Shown here: piece by piece, positions 63,654 through 64,000 of the stretch | How positions within the stretch are numbered: the stretch's first letter is position 1 | Layout: every line of letters begins with the position of its first letter | DNA from: Saccostrea cucullata | Lineage: Eukaryota | Assembly (NCBI RefSeq): GCF_032062105.1 | Contig: NW_026922597.1 | Span: forward strand, 62,001 to 126,000 | Length of the DNA stretch: 64,000 nucleotides | Direction of reading: 5' to 3' | Made by a program: the position numbers and the translations under genes | The notes under the pieces: generated by a model | The model's database searches: none | Told to the model about the DNA's origin: nothing | The model's input: the letters and a program-made list of their open reading frames with translations, nothing else

Positions 63654-64000
63654 GTGAGTCAAATTTACATTTTCACACAGAAGTGATCTAAATAATCTAA
63701 AGTTGCCGTAATTAACTGAGATTCTAAATTTTTGTTAAAAATTAAACATAAAATTCAAGAGTTTATTTCTAAGTGCACTCTATTAAATTTGTAGTTTACG
63801 TTAACTTTATTTATTTGGGGGTAGGGGAGGGGGTAGTTTAGAGAAGGTTATTTGGTTCTGTTTTCTGTCCCAGATGTTATCACTCAAATAATAAATTATA
63901 ATTAATTAGCTTGAAATTCCAGAGTCTCTTTTTAAGTGAACTCTTTTTAATTTAAAATCACTCAAATAATAAGTTATTTGATTGTTTAAAAAGTTTATAA

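Overview
AT-rich, intron-containing animal genomic DNA, most likely a bivalve mollusc such as an oyster. The organism is inferred from Helentron/HINE elements carrying ~167-bp satellite arrays, RING-less B-box/beta-propeller genes and the repeat families present. Main contents: (1) two divergently oriented RING-less B-box/coiled-coil/NHL-like paralogs that share a promoter and non-coding first exon, a disrupted copy on the - strand (~5.8-8.5 kb) and a 615-aa copy on the + strand (35689-37536) with a triplicated B-box; (2) a decayed Gypsy retrotransposon (16.5-19.7 kb) with nested insertions; (3) a three-exon DDD transposase gene of Sola2-like type (27883-22652, -), open for ~892 aa apart from one extra base in a homopolymer; (4) a large + strand gene from ~48.9 kb running off the window end, with 23 in-phase coding exons (1260 aa so far) encoding N-terminal EF-hand-like motifs and three ~395-aa internal repeats; (5) many non-autonomous DNA transposons, LINE and SINE fragments, two near-perfect palindromes, a splice-donor-containing minisatellite and one N gap. 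All calls come from reading the sequence by eye; no database searches were run.
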